Below, in pieces: positions 24,539 through 37,115 of a DNA stretch of 64,000 bases. The notes under the pieces are model-generated. The model saw only the letters and a program-made list of their open reading frames with translations, ran no database searches and was not told where the DNA came from. This DNA comes from Amphiscolops sp. MND2022 (lineage: Eukaryota). The first letter of the stretch is position 1; each line of letters starts with the position of its first letter. The stretch is taken from assembly GCA_964187785.1 (NCBI GenBank), contig OZ076409.1, positions 8,496,001 through 8,560,000 of the forward strand. The letters are read 5' to 3'. Position numbers and translations under genes: made by a program.

Positions 24539-25344
24539 TCATTTTCCAACTAGCTTCTTCAATTGTGGATCTCATGTGAAAGACGTCCTCGTTCCCGTTT
24601 AAAAGGCGTTTATGATTTTTGAATTACCATGCGTAGAATGAGGCATGACTTATAACAGGGGTAAGACACGGTTATACAATTGTTTTATCCAGTTATGCTT
24701 TCCATTTTTCGGCGAAACATATATTTCCTCAACCCGGCTTCAAAGCGAATTAGAATTAGAACAACCCCTAAACAATCAGAAAAGTCTTTTGTTTCTCTTG
24801 GTGGTTGTTGTTTCATAAACAGCTATAATCAGTGTTGTACAATTAAAAGACAATATACAGGGTCATTTAAATTTTCCAACCTTTAAAATTGATTCATTTA
24901 AAGGAATGGTCATTTGAATGAAAGGCGATAGTTTGAAAAGAAACTGTAACCACAGAGTATAGGAACTCGGCGATAGAGCTGAGGGCGGGGAAGATTTACC
25001 ACCTGTGCCAACTCGAACTATTTTTTGGATAAGTTTTACATGAGGTATTATTCAGAATCCATATAAGCTGAACAGCTTCGAATGGGTGCATTGAAAGGAT
25101 TAGTGTCCATAAAATTGGAAAAAATCGATTGTCCATGAAAAACTAAGCTTTGCATCCAATATTTTTGTGACTTATTTTATACTTGCAATCTTGATCTGAA
25201 ATACAGTTTTAATTTGTGTTTAAAAATAAGCAATAATGTAGGTGATCCTTCATAAACAAAAAAACTTTTTTCGTTCACAAAGCCTTTTCAAAATAGATAT
25301 TCACAATAACTGACAACAATTGTTTTTTTCTCTCCTGTTTTTAG

Positions 25345-25449
25345 GTGGCGTGTGTGTCTCCATCTTCATCCAACATGACCGAGTCTCTCAACACACTGAG
25401 GTACGCCAACAGGGCCAAAAAGATCAAAAACAAGCCCTACGTCATGATG
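25345..25449 (+). CDS. KIF12: KIF12-like kinesin exon [35 protein letters not shown] (end of motor domain)
   Basis: ttttAG/GTgagt; [13 protein letters not shown] motif; phase 0 joins the exon ending at 4017. Confidence 0.93.
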
Positions 25450-25844
25450 GTGAGTGAACATAGCTCAACGAGAAATGGTGCTAGGTCAATTGGCCGACGG
25501 CGCTTTTGACCGACTGTACGATTGACCGACTAAGCAAGTTCAGAACAGCGGAATTAGAACTGAAATGGAGTTTATAAATCTATAGAAAATAAAAGTAGGT
25601 TTTCATAGTGACGAGGAAATTGAGTTGATCTTGATTGTAAAAAATCAGCTATTTGTAACATTTGTGACATTCTCAATTTTGTCCAAGAATTAAAAGAATA
25701 TACTAATGTAAACTAGATCAAATTCTGAGAAACTTTTAATTCGGATGTTTTTCAAAATTTTCAACCGATTCCGAGAAAATCGAGCCAAAACTCGCTACTG
25801 TATCTTCATTAACAATGGTTGACTTTTGTTTTCCTCGTTGTCAG

Positions 25845-25956
25845 GATCCAAGGGAAAAGGAAATCGTGAGTCTTCGGCGGGAAGTTGGGGCTCTCAGAGC
25901 TGAGAACGAGTACCTAAGATCCCAGATCGATCTGCCCAAAGAACAGACAATTACAC
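25845..25956 (+). CDS. KIF12: KIF12-like kinesin neck coiled-coil exon DPREKEIVSLRREVGALRAENEYLRSQIDLPKEQTIT
   Basis: tcAG/GTaagt, phase consistent, heptad-like pattern. Confidence 0.88.
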
Positions 25957-26495
25957 GTAAGTCGCAAGTATTTACGTCAAACCGATAGCGTTTCCACGAC
26001 CCATGTGATAAGGCCTTTTCGCAAAGTTTACAATTTAAGCCCATTTTTGACCCGTTTTTGCCCTGTTTAAAAGAAACAGAGTTTGATTATCTCAAGTTTG
26101 AAAATAAACTTCAATTTTAGTACCTAGTATATTATAGAGTGATCTAAGAAATATGCAAACTTTTCTCCAAGAAAAGTTATATCCGGTATACGTTATATCC
26201 GTTCTTCATATTCGGTTTGCGTTAAATCCGGTATGGCTATTGGTTTTGTAGACAGCGACTCTTTAGCACTTTTTACAGCTCAAATGCAGCATGTAAATTG
26301 TCAAATAGGACCTTGCCTACAGCTTATAAAGCTTATAGAAACTGTCGCTCCGTCAGTCTTGGAAAAAAGCCACTACTATAGTCAGTCGTCTGTTTCTACG
26401 AAAGCGCCGACTAAAAAGGACTATTTGAAAATCGACCGATCGCTCAAGTTTCATCTGCTCGTGATCAGAGAAAATAGAAAAGTTGTTGCTTGCAG

Positions 26496-26656
26496 AGTTG
26501 GCAGCCAAGAGTGCGCAGTTGAAGTTGCGGGAGGAGAATGGCGACGAAAGCAGTCTGTACGAGATGGTGCAAGCTTACATGATCGAAAACGAGAAGTTGA
26601 GAAGAGACACGAGTGAACTCACCCACGGCAGGGACAAGCTCACTCACCAACTGCAG
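26496..26656 (+). CDS. KIF12: KIF12-like kinesin stalk exon (contains LYEMVQAYMIENEKLR)
   Basis: gcAG/GTac, phase 1-0; motif resembles the KIF12 LYxxLQxFMxENExLR coil. Confidence 0.85.
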
Positions 26657-26685
26657 GTACAACAATTGATTCGTTTAAACAACTT

Positions 26686-27005
26686 CCCTCGTTGAGAAAA
26701 ATGCGTTCTTGCAAGGATCTTGCTATAATCTTTCAACACCTTGCAAGAATCTTTCAACACCTTGCAAGATTTTGCAAGAATCTTTAAACACCTTGCAAAA
26801 TCTTGCAAGAATCTTTAGACATCCTACAAGGTCTTGCAAAAATCTTTAAACATCTTACAAGATCTTGCAAGCATCTTTAACTATCTTGCAAGAATGATTC
26901 CTTGGAAGATTCTTTTCTAGAAGACGTTCCTGTACATTTTGTGAACGATTCTTGCAAGGATTACATTTACATGTATTTAATGCAAGCATTTTTTCTCAAC
27001 CAGGG
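26686..27005. mobile_element. MITE with CCCT(C/G)GTTGAGAAAAA TIRs and internal CTTGCAAGA repeats
   Basis: TIRs and tandem motif visible. Confidence 0.75.
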
Positions 27006-27928
27006 TTACTAACAAAACAGCTACTTCAAAAGTCAGTGCCCGCGTGAGTTTTAAAAAGCGCAGTCTCACTCAAAAAATGTATTATTCACAGTTCTGAAAA
27101 ATATAGTGCTGTAAATTATTCTGAAAGTGAATCCTTTCGGCTTAGAAGGGATTTTTTCTAATAGAAAAAGTCAAAAAACTGAAGGGAAACTTTTTGGTGG
27201 AACAAAAAGTCCGTGGAAAATGGACCATTCCGAAACATTCCGTGATCTGATAGAACTATAAAAAGAAAAAACTAGTCACTGCAACCGTCGGGTATATTTT
27301 CTCACAAAAAACACCTCATTAGTAGTGAAAAATGAGAAGAATATAGAGGACAACCTATGAGACGCTATTTAATCTATGTAAGTAGTCTCAAGTACCTGTT
27401 AACATCTCATTCTTGTTTATATTTTATTTGGAACTCAGTACGCTTGAGATAGATAGAAAATACAGATTTGTCACAAACTAAATTCTTGTAATTTCACATT
27501 ACAACAAGTACAGTACTGTGATTAAGAAATCGTCCCCATATGACGTTCTCAACCAATCAGAATCGTTTATTTGGTCTCACTTTCAATTCTGATTGGCGCA
27601 TCAAGTGAAATTCACGTAAATTTAGCAACTTTTACCTTTTGAGCCTGATAATTCGGAAACGGTTGATCTATTTTAAAATCAAAATACATCAATTCATTCA
27701 GTAGATTTGTGGGAGTTATTTGAGCATAAAACTTGCCGAAAAAACTGTTGATAAAACAGTCAAAATTTATAAAAACGGAAAAAAGTACCAAATTTGCTCA
27801 AAATTAGCCATTTGTAACTTTCTCAATATTTGTCCCAGAAAAATTAAAAAAACACTAATATAAACTAGATTAAATTCTAAGAAACTTTTATCTCTCATTT
27901 TTTTCAAAATTCTCAACCGATTTCGAGA

Positions 27929-28506
27929 ACAAGACAGGAACGTCTAAAGTCGGCGGTATATCTAAGGCTCAAAAGGCGCAAAGTTTTTAAAATTGTAAAA
28001 GGGGGGACCCTTTAGACTTTTCCAAAACCAGTTTGTTGCAAAACATCAAAAAAGTTGAAGGGGGGACCCTTTGGAGACATTTTAAAAAAAGTTCAAGAAA
28101 AACGAAAAATGAGATTTTTGAAACAGTCTTATAGTGCCAAAAAACTAGAAAGGGGAGACCCTTTGGGCTTTATGAAACTTCAGTTTGCTGCAAAATATCA
28201 AAAAAACTTGAAGGGGGGACCCTTTGGCGACAAAAAATTCGAAAAAAAGACGCACAGTGCCGAAAAAATTCAAAGGGGGACCCTGTAGTCCCGTCCGGTT
28301 TTGTATCTTACGTTAAAAATTGAGTACACGAAAGAGGGGACCCTTTGCACTAACTTAGATGCGATTCCGCTTGCCGGTCCAGTAGTTTAGTAGTTCGGTA
28401 GAAAAAGTGTCCACTACGCATACATTCTGTGGTCTGACGAAAAAAAAGAAAAAAACTTGCCACTGTAATAGTCGGGCTCATTTTGATAAAATGCGCCGAC
28501 TAAAAA
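27929..28506 (-). mobile_element. HINE copy
   Basis: AACAAGAC..AAGTCGGCG to GCGCCGACTAAAAA; internal GGGGACCCTTT subrepeats. Confidence 0.75.
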
Positions 28507-28831
28507 CGGAACGCATGAAAATTTCAGAGCTCTCGAATTTTTGAATATTTGTAAACAGATGTTTCGAAACAACTCTGAACTGCCAATTCATCTTGTCAGT
28601 CAATGAATTTGACATCTTTCCTTCGAAGCAAGCAAACTTTTACACTAGTGTGAACGAAATAACTGGTAAAAATCTCTAGACTTTTTCTGAAGGTTCGGAT
28701 CAATTTTTGTTCAAGATTTGAAAAATACGTTTACAAATTTTACGATTTTGAAGAGTTCCTTTTTTTGGTTCACCCAGTACCGTCTGTCATTATCCTGAGA
28801 ACACGGATTACTTCAAGTTTCTTCGTTTCAG

Positions 28832-29074
28832 GATCTCTCACAGGAAAACATCAGACTGGTGAAAAAATTGGAGCAATTCGAATCAGCTTTCATGATGATG
28901 CAACAGAACTCGAGTCACACTTCTCAACCCCAAAATGGGAGGGGCCATTTACCCCCCTTTCTACAGAACGGGGGTCCTTCAGTCGACTACAGCAGGGGTG
29001 GGGGAGGCAACCATTTGGCCAAGTTGAGCCTACCTTCGCAGTTGACTGCAGACCAACAAAATGCCAGGAAAACT
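28832..29074 (+). CDS. KIF12: KIF12-like kinesin exon DLSQENIRLVKKLEQFE...QQNARKT
   Basis: tttcAG/GTgagt, 243 nt open, phase 0-0. Confidence 0.8.
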
Positions 29075-30006
29075 GTGAGTCTCAATAGGAAAAAATTTCA
29101 ACTGCCCATATTCAAAAAATGTCGAATCTGAATCTGCAGGAAAGTTTCCCCTGCTGCATAGATGCATGCAGGCAAGTTTTAAAAAAATTTGTAAAATTCA
29201 GGGACCCTGCATGGAAAAATTTTGTTAAACATCTATTTTAGTTTCTACAAAGCTTTTCGAAGCATATCTATGCACTTTGGAAAAACTTTCTATCAGTTTA
29301 CAAAATTCGGTGAAAACAAGGAAGCAAAAAAACAAGAGCCCCGAGAGATCTTGAACAACCACAAAAACTTGGGAGACTTGTTCAGGTGCTTTCTCTTCAT
29401 CTGAAAACCTATTTATTTTTTTAAAATCAAACAAACAAACAAGCAGACACAAAACAACAAAAGATACTTCAGAGGTCTCCAATTTCTTTGTCATTCTTTA
29501 TTCGTCACTTAGTTTTTGAAGCTTCGATTTCAGATTTCAAAATTGGGTTGATTTTTCAATGATATTGGAAGCGGCTGAACACTGAACACAATAGTATCGG
29601 AAAGCATCAAGATAGTTTCCAGTCCCAGGATTTTGCATAAATTTGGACTAGTAGAAAAAAATCTGAGCATATATGCATTTGAAAGTTTTTTTTATATTTT
29701 TTAAAAAAACATCCGAATTCTTAAAAAAATTGGACTGACTCAAAAAATCAAATGCATGGGTCAAGCGCTCGTTTCCCATACACTGAGCTGTCCAATCAAA
29801 ATGCGAGAAAAGTCGATGGCTTGGTTGTTCACATGAAAGACTTTTATTTGGAAAGTTCCAATTTTTTTTCATCATCTTTAACAGAAGGCTGGAACCTCAA
29901 CTTTGAAAAAAAATTGATTCAATGTTTTCCAAATATCTATCATTTTAGAATCATTTTGAACTCACTGTCAGTCATTGACGGAAGACATGAAATAGAAATA
30001 GAAATA

Positions 30007-30268
30007 AACAAGCCGAGAACGGCCAAAGTCGGCGCCATATAACGGCCGAAGTCGGGGGATTCTTAGTGTGTTTTCGTGGTTCTGGACGTCTGTTTTGTTT
30101 TTTCTTTCCGTTTTGGACGCGCTTCTGAGGTTGGAGTTGTTGAGGTTTGAAGTTGTTGAGGTTTGACGTTGTTGAACAAATGAACACAAAAGTGGACCTT
30201 ACGCGTCTAAAAAAACTACCCACTGTAAGAGTCGCGCACATTTTCTACTAAAATACGCCGACTAAAAA
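30007..30268 (-). mobile_element. Short HINE copy
   Basis: Conserved termini. Confidence 0.7.
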
Positions 30269-30974
30269 GAAATAGAAATAGTTAAATAAATTGGACAAAA
30301 GTAGATGGAAAACTCGTCTAAATTAAAGGGCGGAAAACTGGTCGAAAATTAACTCGTCGAATAATTAAAGATTACTCACAGGGATTACCCAGTGCTAATT
30401 ATAGATTAATTTTCCTAAATTGATGCGTGAAATTTTCACTTTTACGCATAATATTGATTTTTTGATATATTTTACAGTGTAATACTTCACATTAATTAGA
30501 ACTTCCTAACACAGTACTTACAAAGTTTGGCTGAGATGACTTTCTTTACTTGCGACGAGTTTTCGGCTAGTTGTTTTTGACGAGTTTTCGTAGATTTCGA
30601 ATAGATACCTTCTTCATAAAACACCACAGTACACCCAATTAGGACCCAAAATGAGCATAATTTCTTACCAAGCCTGCGCTCCTGGAAGATTATAAACCAA
30701 TCGGGTTTTCCTCCCATACAAAACAGGTTGATCATACTGTGCCATAATTAAGACAGGTTGATTCCAGGCTGATCATAAACTGGACCATAGAAGTTAATTG
30801 TTCCAGGCTGACCATACTCTGGACCAGTTTATATGGTTCAGTTTATGATTAACCTGTTTCCATGCATGGATCAACATGATTTCATTGAACTGGAATTTTC
30901 AAGGAAGTAACTGTCACGATTGAAGAAAATGTCTCAACGCCTACTAAAAAACAGCTTGTGCTTAAAAACCCAAG

Positions 30975-31486
30975 TTTTTAGTCGGCGCTTTTATTAATGA
31001 AAGAGCCCGATTATTACAGTCACTCGTTTTTTTTTATTTAAGACAGACTCGAAGCGACGAACGTTAAAATTAACGTTCAACTACTAAATACTAAACTACT
31101 GGACCGGCAAACGGGGAGCGCATTTAGGATAGTGCAAAGGGTCCCCCCTTTCAGTTACTCCATTTTTATCGTAAGATACAAAACAGGACGAGACTATAGG
31201 GTTTGAGTTTTTTTCGGCACTGTGCGACTTTTTTTCGAAATTTTTTTTTGTCTCCAAAGGGTCCCCCTTCAAGTTTTTTGATGTTTTACAGCAAATTGAA
31301 GTTTCAAAAAGCCCAAAGGGTCTCCCCTTTCAAGTTTTTCGGCACTATGAGACTGGCTCAAAATTCTTATTTTTCGATTTTTCTTTTTTTCAAAAAACCC
31401 AAAGTGTCCCCCCTTTTACAATTTCAAAAAATTTCAGCTTTCTGAGCTTTAGATATGGCGCCGACTTTAGACGTTCCCGTCTTGTT
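30975..31486 (+). mobile_element. HINE copy
   Basis: Conserved termini, AGACG-ttcc-CGTCT hairpin. Confidence 0.75.
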
Positions 31487-31544
31487 TTCTTTTTCGCAAA
31501 CATGATTAATCAAATGTCCTGAAAAACTGGATTTGGATGTTTAG

Positions 31545-31757
31545 ACCGGACTCCCCCCAGTGACATCCAACAAAGGTGTACCCAACGGACTCACCAGTCC
31601 ACGCAGATCCACCCAGTACAACACGCGGTCTCCCGACAGAAGGTGGTTCGCAAACAACAGCAACCCCGCGGGAGCCCCCAAAGTGCCCCAAACACAGACA
31701 CCCCACGTGACTCCCAGCAACTCCAACAGTCGCGCCTCCGTCAAATCCAACTCTCAG
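31545..31757 (+). CDS. KIF12: KIF12-like kinesin low-complexity tail exon TGLPPVTSNK...VKSNSQ
   Basis: tttAG/GTgagg, 213 nt, GC-richer than flanks, phase 0-0. Confidence 0.75.
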
Positions 31758-31867
31758 GTGAGGACATGCAAGACACTTGATAACCAGATACTACGAGTAG
31801 ACAAATGAGCCCGGACCCGACACGAGTTGGTATGACACTTGAAGATAAAAGCAACCTAGTTTTGAAA

Positions 31868-32509
31868 ACAAGCCGGGAAAGCATGAGTCGGCGCCATATC
31901 TAAGGCTCAAAAATAGCAAAAGGAGTTCAAAGTATCAAGTATTTTCCTTCGGATTTGTCAACATATCTGTCGCAAAACATCAAAAAATTGAAGGGGACCC
32001 TTTGGTGGAAAATTTTTTCGAAAAAAGTCTCACTATGCCGAAAAAACTGGAAGGGGAGCCTTTAGTCTCGCTCGGTATTGTATGCTGCGCTGAAGAAGGA
32101 ACGATTCTTTTGGTTAAGATTCTTGGGGTCCATTAAATGGTCCAATTTGACACCTTAAAGTTTCGTTGAAGTTTTAAGAACTATTTTGGTCCGTTCGAGT
32201 AGGTTGAAAAAAAAGTCACTAATACAGTCGCGTTTCAATTCATCTAGTGGCTTCAATAGTCAGGAGCCGACTAAGAAACACGAATATCGGTCTCCCTTTT
32301 TATGTATTTCGGCACTATGAGACTGTTGAAAATTCTCATTTTTCGTTTTTTTTTGTCTCCAAAGGGTCCCCCTTTCAATTTATTTGATATTTTGCAATAA
32401 ACTAGATTTTCAAAAATTCCGAAGGTTAAAAAACCCTTTTACAGATTTAAAAATTTTGTGCTTTTTGAGCCTTAGATATAGCGCCGACTTTAGACGTTCC
32501 CGTCTTGTT
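31868..32509. mobile_element. Two adjacent HINE pieces in opposite orientation (about 31868-32275 and 32290-32509)
   Basis: Hairpin termini at both outer ends. Confidence 0.65.
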
Positions 32510-32802
32510 AATCTTCCATAAACGTTTTTTAGCAAATAGGAAGACTTGTTGTTCGAAATGCATTGGCAACACTCGTTTTCTGTGATCGTCAAGCGTCAGC
32601 TCTGAACGACTCTACATTATTAGAAGTGCGAGTAAACATTGCAATGCTAGCTATGCAAAACAATTCTTCGAAAAGATGATATTTTCAACTTTAAAGATAA
32701 TTTATTTTGTTTGAGTCGAAAAATAAATATATATATTCAAAATTACAAATATATTTAAATATAAATATATATTTTTACAAGCCTGGTTTCGTTCGATCAC
32801 AG

Positions 32803-33031
32803 GGGTCTGCGATGTACAACCAAACAGCGGCAAGACACACGTCAGAGACGAACAGAACTTCCGAGAGGAATTACGACTCGGGGGTGTTCAGTGACGAGGA
32901 AAATGACCCTCGGAGGTCAATCTCTGACCGGATGACTAAGGCCTCAATCTCCACCGTGTCCCAGAATGCCACCATCGCCAGTCGGGGCGCAAAGAACCCA
33001 AACACCTCAGCCGAATATCTCAACAACAAAC
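32803..33031 (+). CDS. KIF12: KIF12-like kinesin tail exon GSAMYNQ...YDSGVFSDEE...EYLNNK
   Basis: acAG/GTaag, phase 0-1. Confidence 0.75.
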
Positions 33032-33086
33032 GTAAGAAAACAGGGAGAAACAATAAGCAGAAAGTTTATTTCATTTCCGAAAGGGA

Positions 33087-33320
33087 GGAGCATGGTGTAG
33101 TGGTTAGAGCATTGGGCCTGTACTGGGGTGGTATCAGGTTCGAATCTCTCTCAAATCACCATTGTTGGTCCTTAAGCAAGTCCTTCATCACTAGCTTAGT
33201 GGTATGGTCAATGGCAATAATAACGCAATCTGCGAAGAAAAGCAAAATTGAAAAAAAGAGCAACGGCGAGCAGTCAGACCTTTGTGACCTTGAGCAAGTC
33301 ACTTTGAAACCACAGCTTCA
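33087..33320 (+). mobile_element. tRNA-derived SINE-like sequence
   Basis: A box TGGTGTAGTGG and B box GGTTCGAATC without a full cloverleaf. Confidence 0.55.
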
Positions 33321-34029
33321 AGTCGACCATTGCTTGACCATTCTGCTGCAAATATGGTACCATAGCTTGTTAAGCGGAAATAGTATCCGAAAGGGCGCCG
33401 ACTTAGAAAAGCAGAACTGCCTATTCGTTGCCTACACTCCGGAATTGGGGAGATTAATTTTCACTTTCCACAATTCCGCTGGGTGATCGCTGAATAAGTA
33501 CAGTAGCGTTCTAAAATATGGCAACTCAAAATTACTCAGCAACAAGAGTTTCTTAAAATTTTATCTAGTTTACAAAAATGAGCTTTTCGAAAATTGAGTG
33601 ACCTAAAATCGATTTTTTTTATTCGGATACTCATCATAATCTTCCGAAGCTACTGAATTGTCCTGATAGAGAACTTGTTTGAAATCAGAAAAATGTACTC
33701 TATTTTGTGTCTATGAACACTGCAACACATGTATTAAGATAGGCCATAAAAATTGTTAAAAAAACAAACCAAATGAAAAGTTACCACGGACCAAAGTTTC
33801 TCATAGCGGCTCAATTCCGTCGTATGAAAAAGTAGGTAAACATATCACATAAGAAGTGATTCACAAATCTTGCATTCAACGTCAACGTAAGGCCTTTATT
33901 GCCTTTATGGCGCAATTTTTTGTCATTACTTGGGAAGGTTTTTCGACCTTGAAGGTTTGCTACGATTGCGAGCGATGTTTAGAGTTTTCTCTTGAGGTAA
34001 ATTGGAAATAACATTTTCAATCTTTCTAG

Positions 34030-34107
34030 CACAACTGGGAAGAACCGCTTCCAACAAACAGCCGAGCAAGCCGGCAACCACGAACAACTTCACAAGAACC
34101 GAGTCAA
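34030..34107 (+). CDS. KIF12: KIF12-like kinesin short tail exon (P)QLGRTASNKQPSKPATTNNFTRTES
   Basis: tttctAG/GTgggt, phase 1-1 bridges the neighbouring exons. Confidence 0.62.
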
Positions 34108-34421
34108 GTGGGTCACTTTTCCAGATTCAGCATACAAAATTTTCCATCTTTTGCAAAAATTCAATATCAAACATCAAAATCATGACTGTGATAAACTTTC
34201 GCTACGAGGCGAAAGGAACAAAAGGAAAACCACAAGACGATTCGTTTGTTGATTCTGCAACAATTTACATCTGAAGCTATAAAATACCATAAATTTTTTT
34301 CCGGGACAGAACACGAATATTTTGTTCTCAGTGAAAGATTGTTGAGATGTTCATTTGGGGTTCATTTGATGCCGTTTTTTTCTTGAATTACAACTTCTTG
34401 AAGCAAATCAGATGTTAAATG

Positions 34422-35062
34422 AACAAGCCGATAACGGCCAAAGTCGGCGCTATATCTAAGGCTCAAAAAGTGCAAATTTTTCAAATTATGCTCATGACGT
34501 TTTTTAATGAAAAACTCACAAAAAAGTTTCACCCAAAGGAAGCCTTCCGTGCTGGGAAAACGCTTCAGAAGTTCGGATATAGCGGCTGGGACAAATGCGA
34601 GCACTTGTTTTAGAACCTCCACCTCCTCCTCCTCAGTGAAACGGAATATACTTCGGAAATAACGTCAAAAATTGGGATATAGTGCTTTACTCCGGAAAAT
34701 GACAATTTTGAACAGTCTGATAGAGCCGAAAAATCTGAAAGGGGGGACCCTTTAGGATTTTCAAACATCTATTATGTTCCAAAATATCAAAAAAATTGAA
34801 GGGTACAATCAAAAAATTTTCGAAAAAAGTCTCATAGTGCCGAAAAAAATCCAAGTTAAAAACACCCAGATAGCCAAAGTGGGGATCCTTAGTTGTTTTC
34901 AAGGTTCTAGACGTCGGTTTTATAATTTTGGATGGGGTTCTAACGTTTGCGGTATGTTTTGGTCAAACTGAACAAATGAACAAAAAAGTGGACCTTTCGT
35001 GTCTAAAAAAACTACCCCACTGTAAGAGTCGGGCACATTTTCTAAAATGCGCCGACTAAAAA
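34422..35062 (-). mobile_element. HINE copy
   Basis: Conserved termini. Confidence 0.75.
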
Positions 35063-35346
35063 CCACTAAAAATTAACGATCTTGATAGAGCAAATCTCAA
35101 GTAAAGTGAACGAAATGGTAGCTTGAATGAACGCTTTATTTGCTCCAAACAGAATTGAACTTATAGATACATGTAAGCCTTTCTTTGGTCGCTTTTGTTT
35201 CTTTAGACTTCACGTTATTCTTTATTTTCCAACAAAACGTTGCCTCACTTGACAGCTAATATTGTTCACATAGCTTGTGATGGTAAAGCGCTTTCAATTT
35301 GGAGGCCTGTGATAGGCTCAAATTTTAGAGCGATAGGCGAGACGGT

Positions 35347-35478
35347 TCACTTAACATCTGATATGCTTCACTTAACATCTGATATTCTCCACTTAACATC
35401 TAATATGCTTCACTTAACATCTGATATGCTTCACTTAACATCTGATGTGCTTGACTTAACATCTGATATGCTTCACTG
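35347..35478. repeat. About 6 x 21-bp tandem repeat TTCACTTAACATCTGATATGC
   Basis: Directly visible; the surrounding element is related to 2860-3110 in reverse orientation. Confidence 0.9.
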
Positions 35479-35527
35479 AATGCGGAAACGGCGTTTTCCA
35501 ATCAGACAATCGACAAATGTGTTTCAG

Positions 35528-35628
35528 ATGAGCTCGCCGAGATAAACGAGAAACTTTTGAAAGACATTCAGAGCTTAGACTCCGAGATTGAATTGTATCA
35601 GCAGAGAGTGAAGAAACCCAAGAAGTGA
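35528..35628 (+). CDS. KIF12: KIF12-like kinesin terminal exon (N)ELAEINEKLLKDIQSLDSEIELYQQRVKKPKK*
   Basis: tttcAG acceptor, phase 1, C-terminal coiled coil, TGA stop. Confidence 0.75.
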
Positions 35629-36190
35629 TTTGATTGGCTGACTGCTCTCCGAAAGTAGTCGTTAATTTTTTTCAAAAGCAACTTCATTACATTTGTTCTA
35701 TACTTAGGGTGAATATGTTGTGTCCTTTATTTATTCCTAATTTAAATTATATATAGAAAGTTCCGTTTTTCAGTAAACTAAAGAGTTCTTTCACCAACAA
35801 AATTGATAACGGACCATGTTTCTTTTCCCCCCAAGCGGCCTCGGAGCGAAATAAGAAACAACAATAAAATTTTTTATGTCGACATCTTAAGCGTTCAAAT
35901 TTTGGTCAAATAAAATAAATTGTCGATATAATCATATCTGTTACAATGATTAACAGTTAAAAGCTATTTTTATGGCGGAGAAATTTATTTTTGGGTTTTG
36001 TTCCAGTTTTGTAAATTTTGTCAGTAAGTGTCAAAACAGTTGTAGAGACAATCCTTTAAGTATTCACAACCATATTTAATTCTCTTATAAGTGAAATAGT
36101 GTTTTTCAAGCGTAAAACAAGCTTTCGTGTTGGGGGAAAATACGAAACAAGGTGTACGAGTGGGATAAGAAACATGGTCCCTGATAACTA

Positions 36191-36910
36191 CAGTAGCGTT
36201 CTAAAATATCGCAACTCCATGGCCTAAAATGGCGACTTTCAAATCCAAATATCTTCAAAACTGTCACAAATACAAAAAATTGTCAGCTACAAAAGTTTCT
36301 GAGAAATTTATCTAGTTTTCAAAAATGTTGTTTTGAAATTTCTGCGACAAAAAATACAAAAATTAGAAATTGGACATTTTGACAAAATTTCATCAAATTT
36401 CCACTTTTTCTTGATTTTCACCAAGTTGAAAAAATATTTTTGAAAAATTTTCAGTTAATCATTTGCCCCCGAAATCTCCTGAGGATGCTGATATGATTTG
36501 ATTGAAAAACTTTTCCGATTTTAAATAAAAATCATCAAGTTTCTAAATGCAATCCTTAAAGCCTATCTTAATACATGTACTTCAGTGTTAATAGACAGAA
36601 AATATAGACCATTTTTCCTTTTTTTTTCTAATTCGAAACAAATTCTCAATCAAAACAATTCAGTAGGTTCGGGAGATTATAGGGAGTCTCCGAATGAAAA
36701 AAAATCCAAAAAATTTAATTCTAAGCTACTCAATTTTCGAAAGAACTCAAATTTCAATTAAAATTTTCTAAAATTTGCATTTTCTAACTTTTTCAGTATG
36801 GGTCGTAGAAGTTTCAAACAAACATTTTTGTAAACTAGAGAAAATTCTAAAAAAGATATTTGGTTTTGCTATTTTAAGCAATGAGGTTGCGATATTGTAG
36901 AACGCTACTG
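36191..36910. mobile_element. Tc1/mariner-type MITE
   Basis: TA-CAGTAGCGTTCTA(A/C)AATATCGCAAC TIRs; a related end at about 33500. Confidence 0.8.
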
Positions 36911-36963
36911 TAGATACTATCGAACAGTTTTGGAAAACAAACAAAAATGCTAAATGAAAATGA

Positions 36964-36975
36964 GAGAAGAAAAAG

Positions 36976-37008
<33 letters not shown>

Positions 37009-37115
37009 ATTATCAGTTTTGGCCTTGACATCAAGGCGTATAAACTGTAACAAAAAGAAGTAACATAAATCAAATAGATCAGATCAAAATCAGATCAGAT
37101 CAGATCAAATCAAAT
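36964..37115. repeat. (GAA)n microsatellite (about 36974-37005) and (AGATC)n repeat (about 37076-37113)
   Basis: Directly visible. Confidence 0.9.

Noticed and set aside
33087..33160. Functional tRNA gene (also about 42771, 60923, 38270)
   Set aside because: A and B boxes are present but acceptor and anticodon stems do not pair well by eye.
32707..33486. 259-aa ORF as a stand-alone gene
   Set aside because: It is one kinesin exon plus chance read-through into intron and SINE-like sequence.
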